Source of the DNA: Eukaryota sp. GEM-RC1
Taxonomy: Eukaryota
Direction: 5' to 3'
Assembly: GCA_040285855.1 (NCBI GenBank)
Contig: JAUFOQ010000001.1
Coordinates: 1-64,000, forward strand
Length of the DNA stretch: 64,000 nucleotides
The notes under the pieces are model-generated. The model was not told the DNA's origin. It saw only the letters and a program-made list of their open reading frames with translations, and did no database searches. A program made the translations under genes and the position numbers. Each line of letters opens with the position of its first letter. Within the stretch, counting starts at the first letter, position 1. Below are positions 25,754 through 37,867 of this stretch, piece by piece.

Positions 25754-28002
25754 TCATTTGAGAACGCTAATTACGCCACGGAGGTATCGGTCAAAGCACT
25801 CAGCAGGGTCTTTGGAGCTACCCAATCTTATTTCTTTAATTGCATCAATGGCTGTTGTAGTTGATGAGTATTGACTCTTGTTAATCAATAAACGCCAGAT
25901 GTTTTGTTCAAGTACCTGACTACTGTTGTTATTACCAATCAGATCTAACATTTTCCAATCATTCAAAGTCGTTTGATCTATGAAATGACTAATGCCAGCT
26001 GGATCAATCTCACACAATGCTGTCCTAGCAAGGTCGAATTTGTTCAAAGGAGTACCAATCCAGAGGTCATAATCGAAACGTTCAGTTTGTTTTCTGACAT
26101 GAATGGCCCAATGAAAGAAGTCATGAATAAACTTCACAACCTCATAACGAGTGTCGTTTTTCAAGAACGGCTCTCTGTCTTTTTTCTTCTTGATCTTCTT
26201 GGGAGGAGTCACACCAGATGAGAGAATAACAGAATCATGAAGGACATTGTCAGGACGTTCATCTTCAGAGGATTGACTAAGATCGATGTGATTTTCAATC
26301 GATGGAGACAAATCAGGAAACTTGTTTGATTGTCTATCTCTTTCTGCTTTGGTATTGTTGGCTTTAGCAATCAACTCGTTTCTATGTCGAATTTTCGGTT
26401 CTTCGAGTTCTTTTTTCGACATGACTGTTGATTCTTGGTTCAAATCACGAGTGAAGTTCTCGGTCACACGGTAAACGTTTTCATGTTCTTCACTGGCAAC
26501 AAACCGATCAACGTCTCCAAATTCTCCATCAAACTTTCTAGTTGAGAGAATATCACGTGAACCATCAGTGAAGCGGTCAACAGATTCTGGACGGAAAGGT
26601 TCACCAGGAACGTGAGCAGAAAGGCGAGCAGTTTGACGTAGCTCTTCAGGCTTGGGAAGAAGTGTACCAACTTCTCGTAAAGCACCATGAGCAACAGAAA
26701 GGACCTTTTGAGATCCGCCAATGCCACTAAACTGTTGGACAACCACAGAACCTTCATCAGGAACAGCTAAGGTCGTGTTTGATGCTTCAAAGGTTGACTG
26801 TGGAAGGTTTTCATATCTATAACCAACAGGAAGGTGTCTAGAACTAACAGCAACGTTGTGATACGTCTTGACTTGATTGCTCAAGCTTTGACAATACCAC
26901 GCTGAGTAAGCATACGTAACGTATCTACCATCGGCATCAAAACTAGGTTCCAATGGTTCAATCAAGATACCATGACGAGGATCCCATGAGTAATCCGAGG
27001 GATAACGATACGTATCCCCAGCATCTCCATCATACAAATCACCCAGAAAGCGTTCAATAACTTGAGGGGAAATACCTGGAGGAACGTTCCTCAACAGATA
27101 GTGCCGTCTTTTAGGCATACGGTTGCGGATGACAGGATGCCAAGGAGCGAACTTCGCCAAGTGCCACATGTCGTAATCAGAGATACCAACGCTGTTGTCT
27201 TGTGGACTTACCCAGTGTATGAGTCTATTTGGGATAGCATCCTTATGGAAGTGCTGTTCCTCAATAGACCCAACTAGCTCTTCGACTTTGTTGCCTCGAT
27301 CTTCTGGAGAGAGACTCATCTTACGAGCTAGAAGTTCCTTTTCAACAAGAAGCTTCTGTTCTGCTTCGAGTCTTCTAGACTGCTCTTTGGCGAGAGATTC
27401 CTGTAACTTGCGAATCTCTTCAACCACTTCAGTTGACCTCTTTTGAGGAACTGGAACAACATCGGGAATGCTTTCTTTATTAAAACTATTTCTACGAGGA
27501 AGAATAGGGAGAGGAGACGCTGTTACAACAACATCATGACTCTCGGAATGCGGAGTACTGCTACTGTCCGCATCGCTTACTCTATATTTCTCTAACAAGC
27601 TTGGGATACGGTCTGAAATTACAGAGGGAGTATCCGAACCCACTTCGCCATCCTTGCGGGAAGACGAAGTCCTTCCATCCTCAGATGGGCATCCACCTTC
27701 AGGTTGAACATCTACAACTCTACGAGAAGAAGATTCACCACCCTCAGGTGAGATTTCCGTCACCTCCTTGTGGGAAGTGGGGCTTCTATCCTCAGATAGG
27801 CATCCGTCCTCAGACAGGCATCCATGCTCAGATGGGTCACTTTCAAATTCCGACGAGTCAACTGACTCTTCTGTCTCAGGAACCAATGGCTCCATTCGAC
27901 GGGAAGACACTTTGGAGCTAGACTTAGATCTAGTCAAAGGTTTGTTTCTACGATTAGTTTTGTTTCCCGCTTTTGGGGGTTAGTAGTCCTTTTCTTCACC
28001 AT
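25754..28002 (-). CDS. ORF1 in the gag position (~750 aa; acidic/Ser-rich N-terminus, coiled coil, unassigned domains)
   Basis: 727-aa ORF between the 5' LTR and RT. A likely true start ATG at 28002 (MVKKRTT) is out of frame by one base across a C/A run. Confidence 0.7.
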
Positions 28003-28018
28003 CTTGGACAATAATTAT

Positions 28019-28109
28019 TGATACCGTTTGGCTACAAAGGGTAGGGAAAAGATGTTTATAAATAAAATAATATGATCTTGCAACACTTCACTAACACCTG
28101 TGGCTAACA
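28019..28109 (-). repeat. 5' LTR (91 bp)
   Basis: Direct repeat of 22576-22666. Confidence 0.95.
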
Positions 28110-29670
28110 CTACTCCCTTTCCCAAACCAAGTGCTGATAGCAAGCTAATAGTTTCCTTGGAGTCCGCAGCTCCCTTGAAGTGTTTTGTATCTAGGCATGA
28201 TCAGAATATCGATCCTACTGAGCAAAAACATGATTGGCTTATTACCCCTGGTAATACTCTCTTGGTTGATGTAGATTTTTACCAACGGGAGTTGACGCAA
28301 CTAACCTGGTGGTTTTCTCTTGTCCACACTGCTACTATAAACGCTAATCCTGATCCCTTTGAGGTCTATGTTGCTCTTGTTACTCCCTTAGTTAGTGGAA
28401 TGAATCAATTTGGAGAACTAACCCCATCAATGCCTGAACAGATATACTTATTCAACAGAGATGGTTCTAATGTCGATTATTATTTTATGTTCATCGGCCC
28501 TGGCACCCCCCTCACCCATTACAATCTCCGTCTCTTCCGTTGGTCTACCCTCAAAGTCTCGTTACGATTACATTGTTGAAAGACCCCCTGGAGGTTTAGT
28601 GGCTTTCCTTGAAATACTACATGACGATCAACCTGGAGAAAAGAGTGCTGTTTCAGGAAGTTATTTAGTATCTGTAAATGGACATTCCCACCATTGTCTC
28701 TACTGGCTTACTTTCAGGTCTACTGTTCGCGTTCCTGCTAGAGTTCCGTTTACTTCTTCTGTCATGTTGTATGAGAAGAAGTTCTTTAACTACAGAACCA
28801 CTGATCCAGTTTACGATAGAATGGTTTCCTTGAATGTTACAATTACACCTTTCTCTAAGGAATTCGAGTCTTGTGTATCTGGACTTTCTCTATTTGCTTC
28901 TAGTAGACGCACAGATCCTAATAAATACACCGCTGAACATGGAGGTAAGGGAATTCAGTTCGTTTCCATTGGAAAAGAAGATTTGCTTACTGATCGAATG
29001 TACTTTGCTGTTGAAGGAACCACTGATGCATGTCCATTTGTTATTGAATCTGAAGTTATTTACAATTGTGATGCTGAGACTACTTGTTCTGGTAATGGGG
29101 AGTGTGATCTTGATGGAATCTGTAGTTGTTATGAAGATCCTAAGAAGGGATTCTGGACTGGTGGTAATTGTGACAAGTGTCATCCTTCGTATACAGGTTC
29201 TAACTGTACGACAGTGATTTGTTCTCCAGAAGTAACTTGTAACGGAAATGGAGTTTGTAATGATGAAGGTCAGTGTGATTGTTTCCAGTGATGACGATAG
29301 AGGATTTTGGAGTGGAGAGAGATGCATCTTCTGTATTTCTGGATATTCTGGATCTGAATGTAAAGTGGCTGATGTTCAACCTGAAAGTCCTCTTTTAATG
29401 TATATTGTTTTGGCTTTATGTTGTTTACTTTTGGGTGCTATTGGTCAGTATATCTACTTTAGCGTCAAATCTTCAAATTCTTACAACTCTGATACTTTAA
29501 ATTTGAGTGAGTTGAAACATCCTTTGTTACAAGAAAGTGAAGGACCTTTGTAAATGAACAGAGGGCATTTACCTGTACATTTGTTGACTTAATAAAAAAG
29601 TCAATTAACTATTCTAAGTGTTTTTCATTTATGTTACGTTGCTTGTTTTAATTCTGTCATTATTTTGAAA

Positions 29671-30426
29671 TATGTAGCTCCTGAAGCTATGTCGAATAGA
29701 TAGTCTCTCAAATCTGATATCTACAGCCTTGGACTGATTCTTTATGAATTGTTTTGTAACGAACTTGTTTTTGAAGGTTATGATGCTGCTGCAATTTTTG
29801 GCGCCAAAATGGGTACTTTGTGATTGAATTTTCCTCCAAACATTGACCAATGTATTGTTCATCTGATTTCAAGTTGTTGCCACGTGGACATGAATGAGAG
29901 ACCAAAACTAGGGGATATTTATGAATCATTGAACAAACTATCAGAAGAGTTCCCAACTGATTGTGGTTCTATTGGAGAAGAGTTAAAACGTCATGTAGGT
30001 AATCGATCTTCTGCTGAGTTGGAGAATTTGAACAAGCAGAATTCTGAATTGTCCAAACGAGTTTTGACATTAAAATCAAAAATTTCTGCAAAAGAACGTG
30101 AATTAACAGAGTTTCAAGAGTTTTGCCAAAGTTTAAAGAACAGAGTTTCCAAATTAGAATTGGAACTGCAATCAAGTGTTCGTGATGATGACTCTGATTC
30201 TTCCAAACTTCCCTCAGCTCCTCCAAAACATGAAAACACCGATTCTGTCACTCTTTCTCAACAAGATTCAGAGATTGCTAATTCTAATTTATCCACGCAA
30301 ATCTCTAGTTTAACAAATGATATTCAGAATTTAACTGCTACAAAGTCCGTTGAAATTACAACAATCAATTATTATCTATGTGCTCTCTTAAAATTTAAAA
30401 ATCACTTGCTGAAAATCGTTGAATAA
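29671..30426 (+). pseudogene. Protein kinase C-lobe relic followed by a coiled coil
   Basis: Reads YVAPEAMSNR*SLKSDIYSLGLILYELF...*LNFPP...LISSCCHVDMNERP in frame with ORF 29824-30426 (subdomains VIII-XI); two stops; N-lobe absent. Confidence 0.8.
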
Positions 30427-31309
30427 AGTTGATGAGATTGTCAGCAGTGATTCATTCACATTGATGGGTTCTGCAGCTATGTCGAATAAAAGACAGCAAG
30501 TAGGAAGCTGACGGTTGTAACATTAATGATGAACAACTTTCCGTTCCTGCGTTGAACCATATAAAAACAGATTATGTGAAATCTGACAGATTAGAAAAAC
30601 TATGATATATACAGATACACGTCGATTAAGTACAGAAAGTGATCGAATTAAAACTCACTTGGAAGTGTTTACTCTGAGACTTGATTTAATGCATATATAC
30701 AAATGTATTGGAATTACACAACCTCAATAAATACAAAAAATCGATTTCTAATTTCGATTGATTAACTATTTTAGGAATACAAAATAATAATTTGGATTGT
30801 AATATATTGAATGGGCACGTTCTAATCATAGGAGCTTACCCATGGAATGAGTCCAATAGTGAAGGTGTCTATAGATGAAAGCCGAGCACTACAGACCCAT
30901 CAAGTTCCTCAACTTCCCTACCACTATCTCCAGGGAACAGTTGTACGCTTCTAATTTGGCGTTCTCTTTCAGCAAGAAGCCTCTAATCTGTTTCTTCCTT
31001 CATGGAGTGTTCGTTAGCTAGTTACAATGATGAGAAATGGGAAAAATCAATAGGAAATTAAATAGGAAAATTGTCATCTGAGTGAAAATAGAACCGATCA
31101 ATATATGTGTTCCTACCTACAATTTTCAAAAATGAATGTTATGATACTATACTTCGTGGATTACCATTATTAGTTTATCTGAGACTAAATGCGAAGTGAG
31201 AGTAAATGTCAACTGAGACTAATCATTGTCACCAGTGCAGTATTCCAGCAGCAGAGAAGAATCTGTTAAACAACTGAGTCAAAGGGCAACATGTTAGGAC
31301 AATGAGGAG

Positions 31310-32125
31310 TCAGTGGTAAACTTTATAATCAAAACGAATTCTATTAGTTAAATACCTATAAAATCTTGTTGAGGTTTTCAAGTTCAGTGAAAATTCGATA
31401 TATGCATATTGGCTGTACAAATCCACTTTTAAGTCATCAACTTCAATTTCAGAACTTCCAAGATTCTTAACAAGAGAAAGTAGAAACGATTCAATGAGTG
31501 TTGTTGTTGTATCAGACCCAGAATCATGAAACAAAATACGTCGATTGGTCATGACATCCTTAATTTTTGACATTGTATTTGCAATGATGATCCTTTCGGG
31601 TTCGGGGAAGAAGTACGGTAAAGTGACCGACACAGGATTAATACCTTTCTCAACATCAGACAGTACAGAGAACGTGACGTGAGATTCAGTGAGTTCGGAA
31701 ACAAGAACTTGACACTCACCAAAACTGCCTTTCTGTAAAGAATCGAACTTATCGCTGATGATGTCGGCAAAATATTCTCTGATACACTTAGGGAAGTCAT
31801 CAGGCAATAAGAACATTAGATCAATGGCCTTAGCCACTGCTTCGATCTGAGCTTCATAGTCCACTGAGACAGCCGCAGGCACAGGTTTAAGTGTCCAGGA
31901 TATGTAAAGAGTTATGACGACGAGTGTTGCAAGACAGACCCACTTGAAGCCATCGGAACTGATTTCAGCTTTTGGGGGATCAGTCTTTGAACTGGGGTCT
32001 TTCTGAGATAAGCAGGTAAGGGACAAACAAGAAGTGATTCCATCATAGAATACGATATAATGAGTGACTAAAACGACTTTTGTTTTCATACTTTTAGGTT
32101 TTGTCAGATTCTTGACCACATCCAT
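31310..32125 (-). CDS. Hypothetical 271-aa protein with one probable TM segment
   Basis: Intact ATG-started ORF; hydrophobic WVCLATLVVITLYISW; no family recognised. Confidence 0.55.
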   Translation of the reverse strand: MDVVKNLTKPKSMKTKVVLVTHYIVFYDGITSCLSLTCLSQKDPSSKTDPPKAEISSDGFKWVCLATLVVITLYISWTLKPVPAAVSVDYEAQIEAVAKAIDLMFLLPDDFPKCIREYFADIISDKFDSLQKGSFGECQVLVSELTESHVTFSVLSDVEKGINPVSVTLPYFFPEPERIIIANTMSKIKDVMTNRRILFHDSGSDTTTTLIESFLLSLVKNLGSSEIEVDDLKVDLYSQYAYIEFSLNLKTSTRFYRYLTNRIRFDYKVYH

Positions 32126-32399
32126 TTCAGCAGTCTTGATCTATTTCCAGATTCTCATCATGTACTTTTCAATGATCGAGTCAACATTCTGTTTTTTTTA
32201 GAAATGTCAATCAATGACTTTTTGGAATTTTCAAACTAGATCAACAAAACACTGGTCATTATTTGAAGGAAAATTCAGTTGTAAAGCACTCCATTGACTC
32301 CAAACTGAGTCAGGGAACTTACTTCTACTAGTATGTTCACATCGAATTTTGTTCATCACAACACTGTCAAAACAAAATTCCCTAAGAAACACTGTAAAT

Positions 32400-32846
32400 C
32401 ACACTTGTAAAATATACAATTCTGTATTATATGTATTTATGTATTTCATGTATTCTTTGTATTATTCAAACAGTGTGATTTAAAATACAAACTGTTCCTT
32501 ATGTGTTTTTCCAACATGCTTGACAAGTGCTTCTTCAGCTCATTTTTGTGCATTAAAATGTTATCAAGTGCCTTTGACAGATGACTCCTTTTGAGAGAGT
32601 GGTGCAGGAATAGAAGATCTGCGCAGATGTTGGAATCAGTGAATTAGTGGAGGTCAACCTTGAACTTTTGTTGGACATCGTTGTTAACCACTTGCAGGAA
32701 ATGGAATCGAATACAATTTTATAATGCACTGTTATTGCTGAGTACTCGTTGAAGAAGATTAGCAGACTGATATGTTTATATTTTACTTTGTATTTTAGCG
32801 TATTTTTGTATTTTTCAAATCAAAACTCGTGTATTTTACAAGTTTG
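32400..32846. mobile_element. Degenerate TIR element (MITE-like)
   Basis: CACACTTGTAAAATATAC versus reverse complement CAAACTTGTAAAATACAC; subterminal TGTATT repeats; flanks CTGTAAAT and ATGTTAAT match at 6/8. Confidence 0.5.
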
Positions 32847-32886
32847 ATGTTAATCGTTTTCCAATACAAGAAATGGTGACGGTGGA

Positions 32887-33517
32887 CAGGCCCTCTCATA
32901 GAATAATTTAAAATAATTTGAACATCCAAAAGTGTCAAAAATAAATGTGAAATTAATATAATTAAAACAAAATAAAACCAAATAATAACAAAATATATTA
33001 GTAGTACATCTAATCTGTGTCACTATCGATGAATACACAATCCATTTGATCATCCCTTTTTTCTTCTTTTGTTCCAGTATATATTTGAAGTATAGCATCG
33101 TCCAGCTTCTTTCGTTTTCTACCAGGGGATAAAGGACCATTGTTTTGCAACTCGGTTACCATTGCAGCTATCTCATCCTTTACAAGTCTTGGAAAATGAG
33201 CGAGAGCTACCATTTTGGCGGTTAGGTTCGACAGAGTTTGAGAGAATAAGACTCAACTTTGTTTTTTGATGAGTTCAAGTCTTTCACACCTCATGGCTCA
33301 AGCCAATCCACGATCTCGAGCACTAAAGTAACTCATGTATTATAGAGAAAGAGACCAATGAAGTTTACTTTTCGACATTTTCTTTATATGTATTTATATT
33401 TTGTTTAATTTGTTTTATTTTGTTTTATTTGCATGATCTCCAAAAAGGCCCAAAAATAAATATAAATACAAATAAATACAAATAAATAGAATTAATATTT
33501 ATTTATGAGGAGCCCTG
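32887..33517. mobile_element. Non-autonomous hAT-type element (631 bp)
   Basis: Perfect 8-bp TSD ACGGTGGA (32879-32886, 33518-33525); imperfect TIRs CAGGCCCTCTCATA and CAGGGCTCCTCATA; AT-rich subterminal repeats. Confidence 0.85.
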
Positions 33518-33714
33518 ACGGTGGATGGTTTTCTTAATATGTTCGTAGGTTCAAAACACGAATTGTTGTAGTTAAAGTACAAATCGATAATGTGTCTCAT
33601 GTTCCAATCAATAAACACTGAGACGTAACCCATGTGATAACGTATTGAGGTCGATTTTTCAATGTGTCCACTGGTTCCAATACAACTATAGAACTTACAG
33701 ATTTATTTGAAGAA

Positions 33715-34148
33715 TTAGTTACAAAGGCTGGCAGAAACAATTGCTTCGTAGTATCCTGGGGCGGTCTCGTTGGTGGAACAACTGAAATCCGAGTGACCCT
33801 TGTTTTCTACACGACAGGTAACTCCTCCTTTGCCAAAGGTGAGAACCAAGGTCCTGGTCCAGCCACATGGCTTCATGTTGTATCGAACAGTGGCGGAGTC
33901 AGCGCTGTGGAACGCCATATTCCCCCAAGAAGCTAACGGGTTGATAGGACTCGTTGGTGTTCGATCCCATGTTCTACGGTGAATTCATGATGAGAACCTT
34001 ACCCTGAGGTTTGTTCACTTTCCAGCCAAAACCATACAGCAGCAGAGTGGTTTTTAACTCTAAGGAAATAGTAGCCATTCGATGTATCTGCTGAGACGAA
34101 GCAAATAGTAATGGCAAGCACCAATAACAAAAGAGAATTTCGATTCAT
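33715..34148 (-). CDS. Small secreted protein (134 aa) with a 29-nt intron at 33974-34002
   Basis: MNRNSLLLLVLAITICFVSA signal peptide; removing GTAAGG...TTCACCGTAG joins exon 1 in frame to ORF 33715-33918; paralogue of 35788-36415. Confidence 0.8.
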
Positions 34149-35787
34149 GTCGGATGAAAAATGAAATTGACAATCTCAAAATCAGTTTTTTCTGTGACTC
34201 AATTAACTTAATTGAATTAAGTAGATTGATCCCTGTTGTCATACACTTATTATCTACTAAAGTAAATCTGTAGCATTTTTGAACCTCAAGAAGGAATCCA
34301 CAATTAGCAGCACTTATAGTATTAAAAGCTCCAATAGCGCTGAAACATCACTTCTAATATTATGTAGAGCTAGTCTAATATTATAGAATGTATTAGTGGA
34401 CCTTTACATCTTGCACGAAACAATGAAATGTGCTAAACAGATGAGTCAAGGGGCAAGTACTTCAGAATCTGTTCAGATCTTTGTTGGATCTTTGCTCCGT
34501 GATGCTTCCATGAACATGGTGACGGTGTGGTTATGTACAATTAGTATTGTAATTTTGAGTCAAGCTGAATCACTGAGCTTTCAGTCAGACAGCTCGAGTC
34601 AGGCTAATTTGACTCATGGGTCTAGTCGAGTCCCTTTGTTGTGTTGTGGTACGGAACAAGTGTACTAAATTCAGTAGAAAACAGTAGGATTTGTTATAAA
34701 GTACAATAGACAAAACATTCAAAATGAGTTAGCTTGAGTCAAGCCTCAAATTATCGGCTGATTTGAACAATCCTAAATTGAAGTCCACTTACTTAGCCGA
34801 CTTAGGGTACTTCAATTTGATATCCTTCAGAATAATACGACATGGCTCCTTGGTTGTTGATTCCTATAAGTATGCTTCCCGTACAAGCATCAGAAACACA
34901 TTTACTCTGCTTCTCGAAACAATGGGGGTGAGCTTGGAAGATAGTATTGTTTCCCTTACGAATTAGATCGATGAGATCTCCTTGTCTGGGTTTTTGCTTT
35001 CTTCCCCTGTTAGAACTAGAGTAAAACCACTGACATCCGGAACGTTCTTCTTCTTCTTCATTTGCCCTCCATTCATAACTCAACATGCATCACAATCTCA
35101 CACTGTTTGGCAGATATTCTTCCAATCTATAGGTCTTCTAATGACTTTGAAGTTAGCGCTACGCCAGTACAATAGCATCTTTTATTTAACCAGTGGGTCA
35201 CTTTTTCAGTCAGTTTTCTTCTTTAGTGACGGCTTCAGGTTTGTATACCACCCGTGTTTTACCAAACTCATAAAAGTACCACCACTACTTCTTCCTTTAT
35301 ACAAGACAAGAAACTGCAACACTTCAAGGCGCGAGTCATCAAATTGACTTGATACTCTGATCTTTTTATCGACAAACACTCCATCATGAACAATACTGAT
35401 GACTTGACAACACATAGTACTTATTCCTCGAACCCTGTATTGTGTCTAGAACAACTGATTTGTTTACACGATTCCGTTGAATCTACGTTCAATAAGGATT
35501 TGAATAACATCACTGTGAAATCCTCAGCTTATTCATTGATTCAATGTCGAGTATCGAGTATTTTCACAATGTCCTTTGTTGAGTTACAACCATTGTTGGC
35601 CAGAATTCATAAATGTGGAACTGGAATCAATTTTTTTTGAAAACACTGACTAATTTCAATTGAATCAAAGAATAATAGAACTACATGTAGTATTATTGAA
35701 ATGCCGTCAGGTTAAACAGTAAAAGTATGATCAGCAAAATTGAAAGTGACACTCATGATATCGAACTTTCCATTCGTTCGCCTGCCA

Positions 35788-36415
35788 ATGAATCGAAACA
35801 TGTTGTTATTGTTTATGAGTTCTATGTCTCTTTATGTTGTTGCAATCGAAACAAGAGACAATTGTTACTCTCTTACGATCAAAAATGGTTCAACTCAAAG
35901 CATCTTGTATTTGGAAAGGAACACACTGACGGGTATGACTTTGATTTAGTACTAACCCTATCACTTGGGAACATGCACCTCAGCGTCAAATCAATGCTTC
36001 AGAAGTTGGACATTACATGGTTGTTTACAATGCTGAATCTGTCACATTGTCATACTATATAGAACCACGTTCATGTAACAAAACTTTAGACGTTACCTTT
36101 GGCAAAAACGGTATTTCTTGTAACTTACAAAACCAAGGACTTTCAGATTTTTCTTGTTCCACAAAGACAACTGCTTCGGGACGTTATGAAGCACTATTTC
36201 GTTCAAATGATCGTTCTCAGCTTTCACAAGCGGACTTTGGATCAGCTCTTAAAGAATTCTTGATAGAGTTGATTATCTATGCTGTAGTGTTTACTGTCTG
36301 TTTTGGACCAATCTATCTGTGTCTACGTTGTTCAGGAATTGAATCTGATCCTGAAATGTTGTTGAATGTTAGTGAAAGAGCTACCAGATTGGCCATCCGA
36401 ACAGCTAGAATATAA
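35788..36415 (+). CDS. Paralogous small secreted/membrane protein with a putative ~29-nt intron at 35933-35961 (acceptor imperfect in this sequence)
   Basis: MNRNMLLL start; LDVTFGKNGISC...SDFSCST aligns with LVLTFGKGGVTC...SDFSCST; the intron has GTATGA and TACTAAC but ends CCTAT; hydrophobic C-terminal segment. Confidence 0.65.
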
Positions 36416-36590
36416 ATTTGGCTTCTGTTTTGTTGTAATTCAGAGCTGGCATAAAAAGACGTTTTATCGACACGGATTGACCAATGTCTTTGTGTTTGAT
36501 AATTGAGATAGATACTCCAGATCATTATGAGTCAGCAAACGACTTGGTCAACAGAATTCAAATCCCATTATCTCTTTTTTTCCTCTGTTC

Positions 36591-36984
36591 ATGAAAGCGA
36601 TCTGTTTCATCCTCTTGGTCATTACAATCGAACTTGGTTGTGCAAAATTTCACTCTGTACATTTCATTAATGACCAATCTGCAATGCTATACCTTCGCGA
36701 TTCAGAGATACTTCATGGTGGTGTGTGATTTTGACATGTTCACTTTAGATTATTGGGATCCAGAGCCTCCCTCTCACTTGATTGGTCGCTTGGATGGTCA
36801 AACTGGCTTCAGTGGCAAAGTTGCAAAGTTAAGATACGGATACTCGAATTACTATATTCAGGTCAAATTTGGTGAGAAATGGGATGGAACCCCGTTCTGT
36901 GATACCGCTCGCTACATTCTTTCTGTCTCTTGTAAGTATGAGGAAACCGAGGACGAGGTCTTCTTTACAGTGAAGATTACATAG
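36591..36984 (+). CDS. Small secreted protein (~121 aa) with a 28-nt intron at 36721-36748 (or 31 nt from 36718)
   Basis: MKAICFILLVITIELGCA signal peptide; splicing GTGTGT...TTCACTTTAG removes a stop and joins to DYWDPEPP of ORF 36634-36984. Confidence 0.7.
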
Positions 36985-37137
36985 ATCACCTGTTTTATCA
37001 CTTGTGAGATTTTAAATAAATCTGTGAATATTTCGAAATATGGTCTTAATATCATTAATACAAGATTAAGTACAGTTACGTTACATGGTTCCCACCAGTG
37101 TCACATTACCCCATGTTCGCAAATTGAACAACTTCGA

Positions 37138-37577
37138 CAGAATGCCTGCAAACACGTGTTTACATTAACACGTGTCAGTACGTGTTGCAAAATCCTAAAC
37201 ACCGAATTTCGGTGACCGAAATACAGTATTTCAACACGTAAAGTGTTGGTGTTATTTTTGTCTTTTATTGGCCTGAGAGTAAAGTCTTCACCTCAATCGC
37301 GTTTCGAAGGGTAGTTACTGCCATTATAAAGGTTCGATCATTAATATTCAGAAATATAGTAAAATACAACAGATATACTTGCCGATAAGAAGACAAACCT
37401 AATCCATGATCCGAACACTCTGTATTACAATACCTTAGCACACGTTTTTGTGAGCCCTGAGACTAAGTGGTAGTTGTAGCTTCCAAAATGAAGTTAGTAT
37501 GTGTTTAACGTGTCAACAAATGTTAGTCGTGTTGACAAGCTTCCAAAATCCTTAACACCGCGTGTTTGCTCACTCTG
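37138..37577. mobile_element. Possible degenerate TIR element with ACACG subterminal repeats
   Basis: CAGAATGCCTGCAAACACG versus reverse complement CAGAGTGAGCAAACACG; no clear TSD. Confidence 0.35.
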
Positions 37578-37867
37578 ATTCAGTTGCAACCAAATTTGGC
37601 TATTCTGGATGTCCTAATTTGTCACTTTTTACATGTACTTACATTGCCTAGAAGTGTTGTCATCAAAGGACTGATTGTTTAACTCAGTTTATCGCCGTTG
37701 AACAACATTCTGAAATTGAGTGGTTCACATCAAGTAAACGAAGTGTATCATCAACATTGATCAAAGCCAAATATCCGAAAGTGATGAATTGAAATATGAT
37801 CATTCAGATCAGTTAATAGACTTGTTTATTAAGTCAACAAATATATAGGTCAATATTCTCTGATCAT

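Larger units (their letters stand above)
22576..28109 (-). mobile_element. Ty3/Gypsy LTR retrotransposon, 5,534 bp, with 4-bp TSD CTAC
   Basis: 91-bp TG...CA LTRs at 22576-22666 and 28019-28109 with one mismatch; TSD at 22572-22575 and 28110-28113; RT-RNaseH-integrase order; purine tract GAAAGAAGAGAAGAGG before the 3' LTR. Confidence 0.96.
20798..29553 (+). pseudogene. EGF-repeat surface protein B, split by a Ty3/Gypsy insertion (5' part to 22575, 3' part from 28110)
   Basis: ...RFFFTT|TPFPKPSAD... resumes exactly after the element; EGF repeats, TM and tail are in ORFs 28461-29291 and 29248-29553. Confidence 0.9.

Noticed and set aside
34380..35650. Short ORFs and GAGTC-rich repeats suggesting a decayed transposon
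   Set aside because: No TIR pair, TSD or catalytic motif could be defined.
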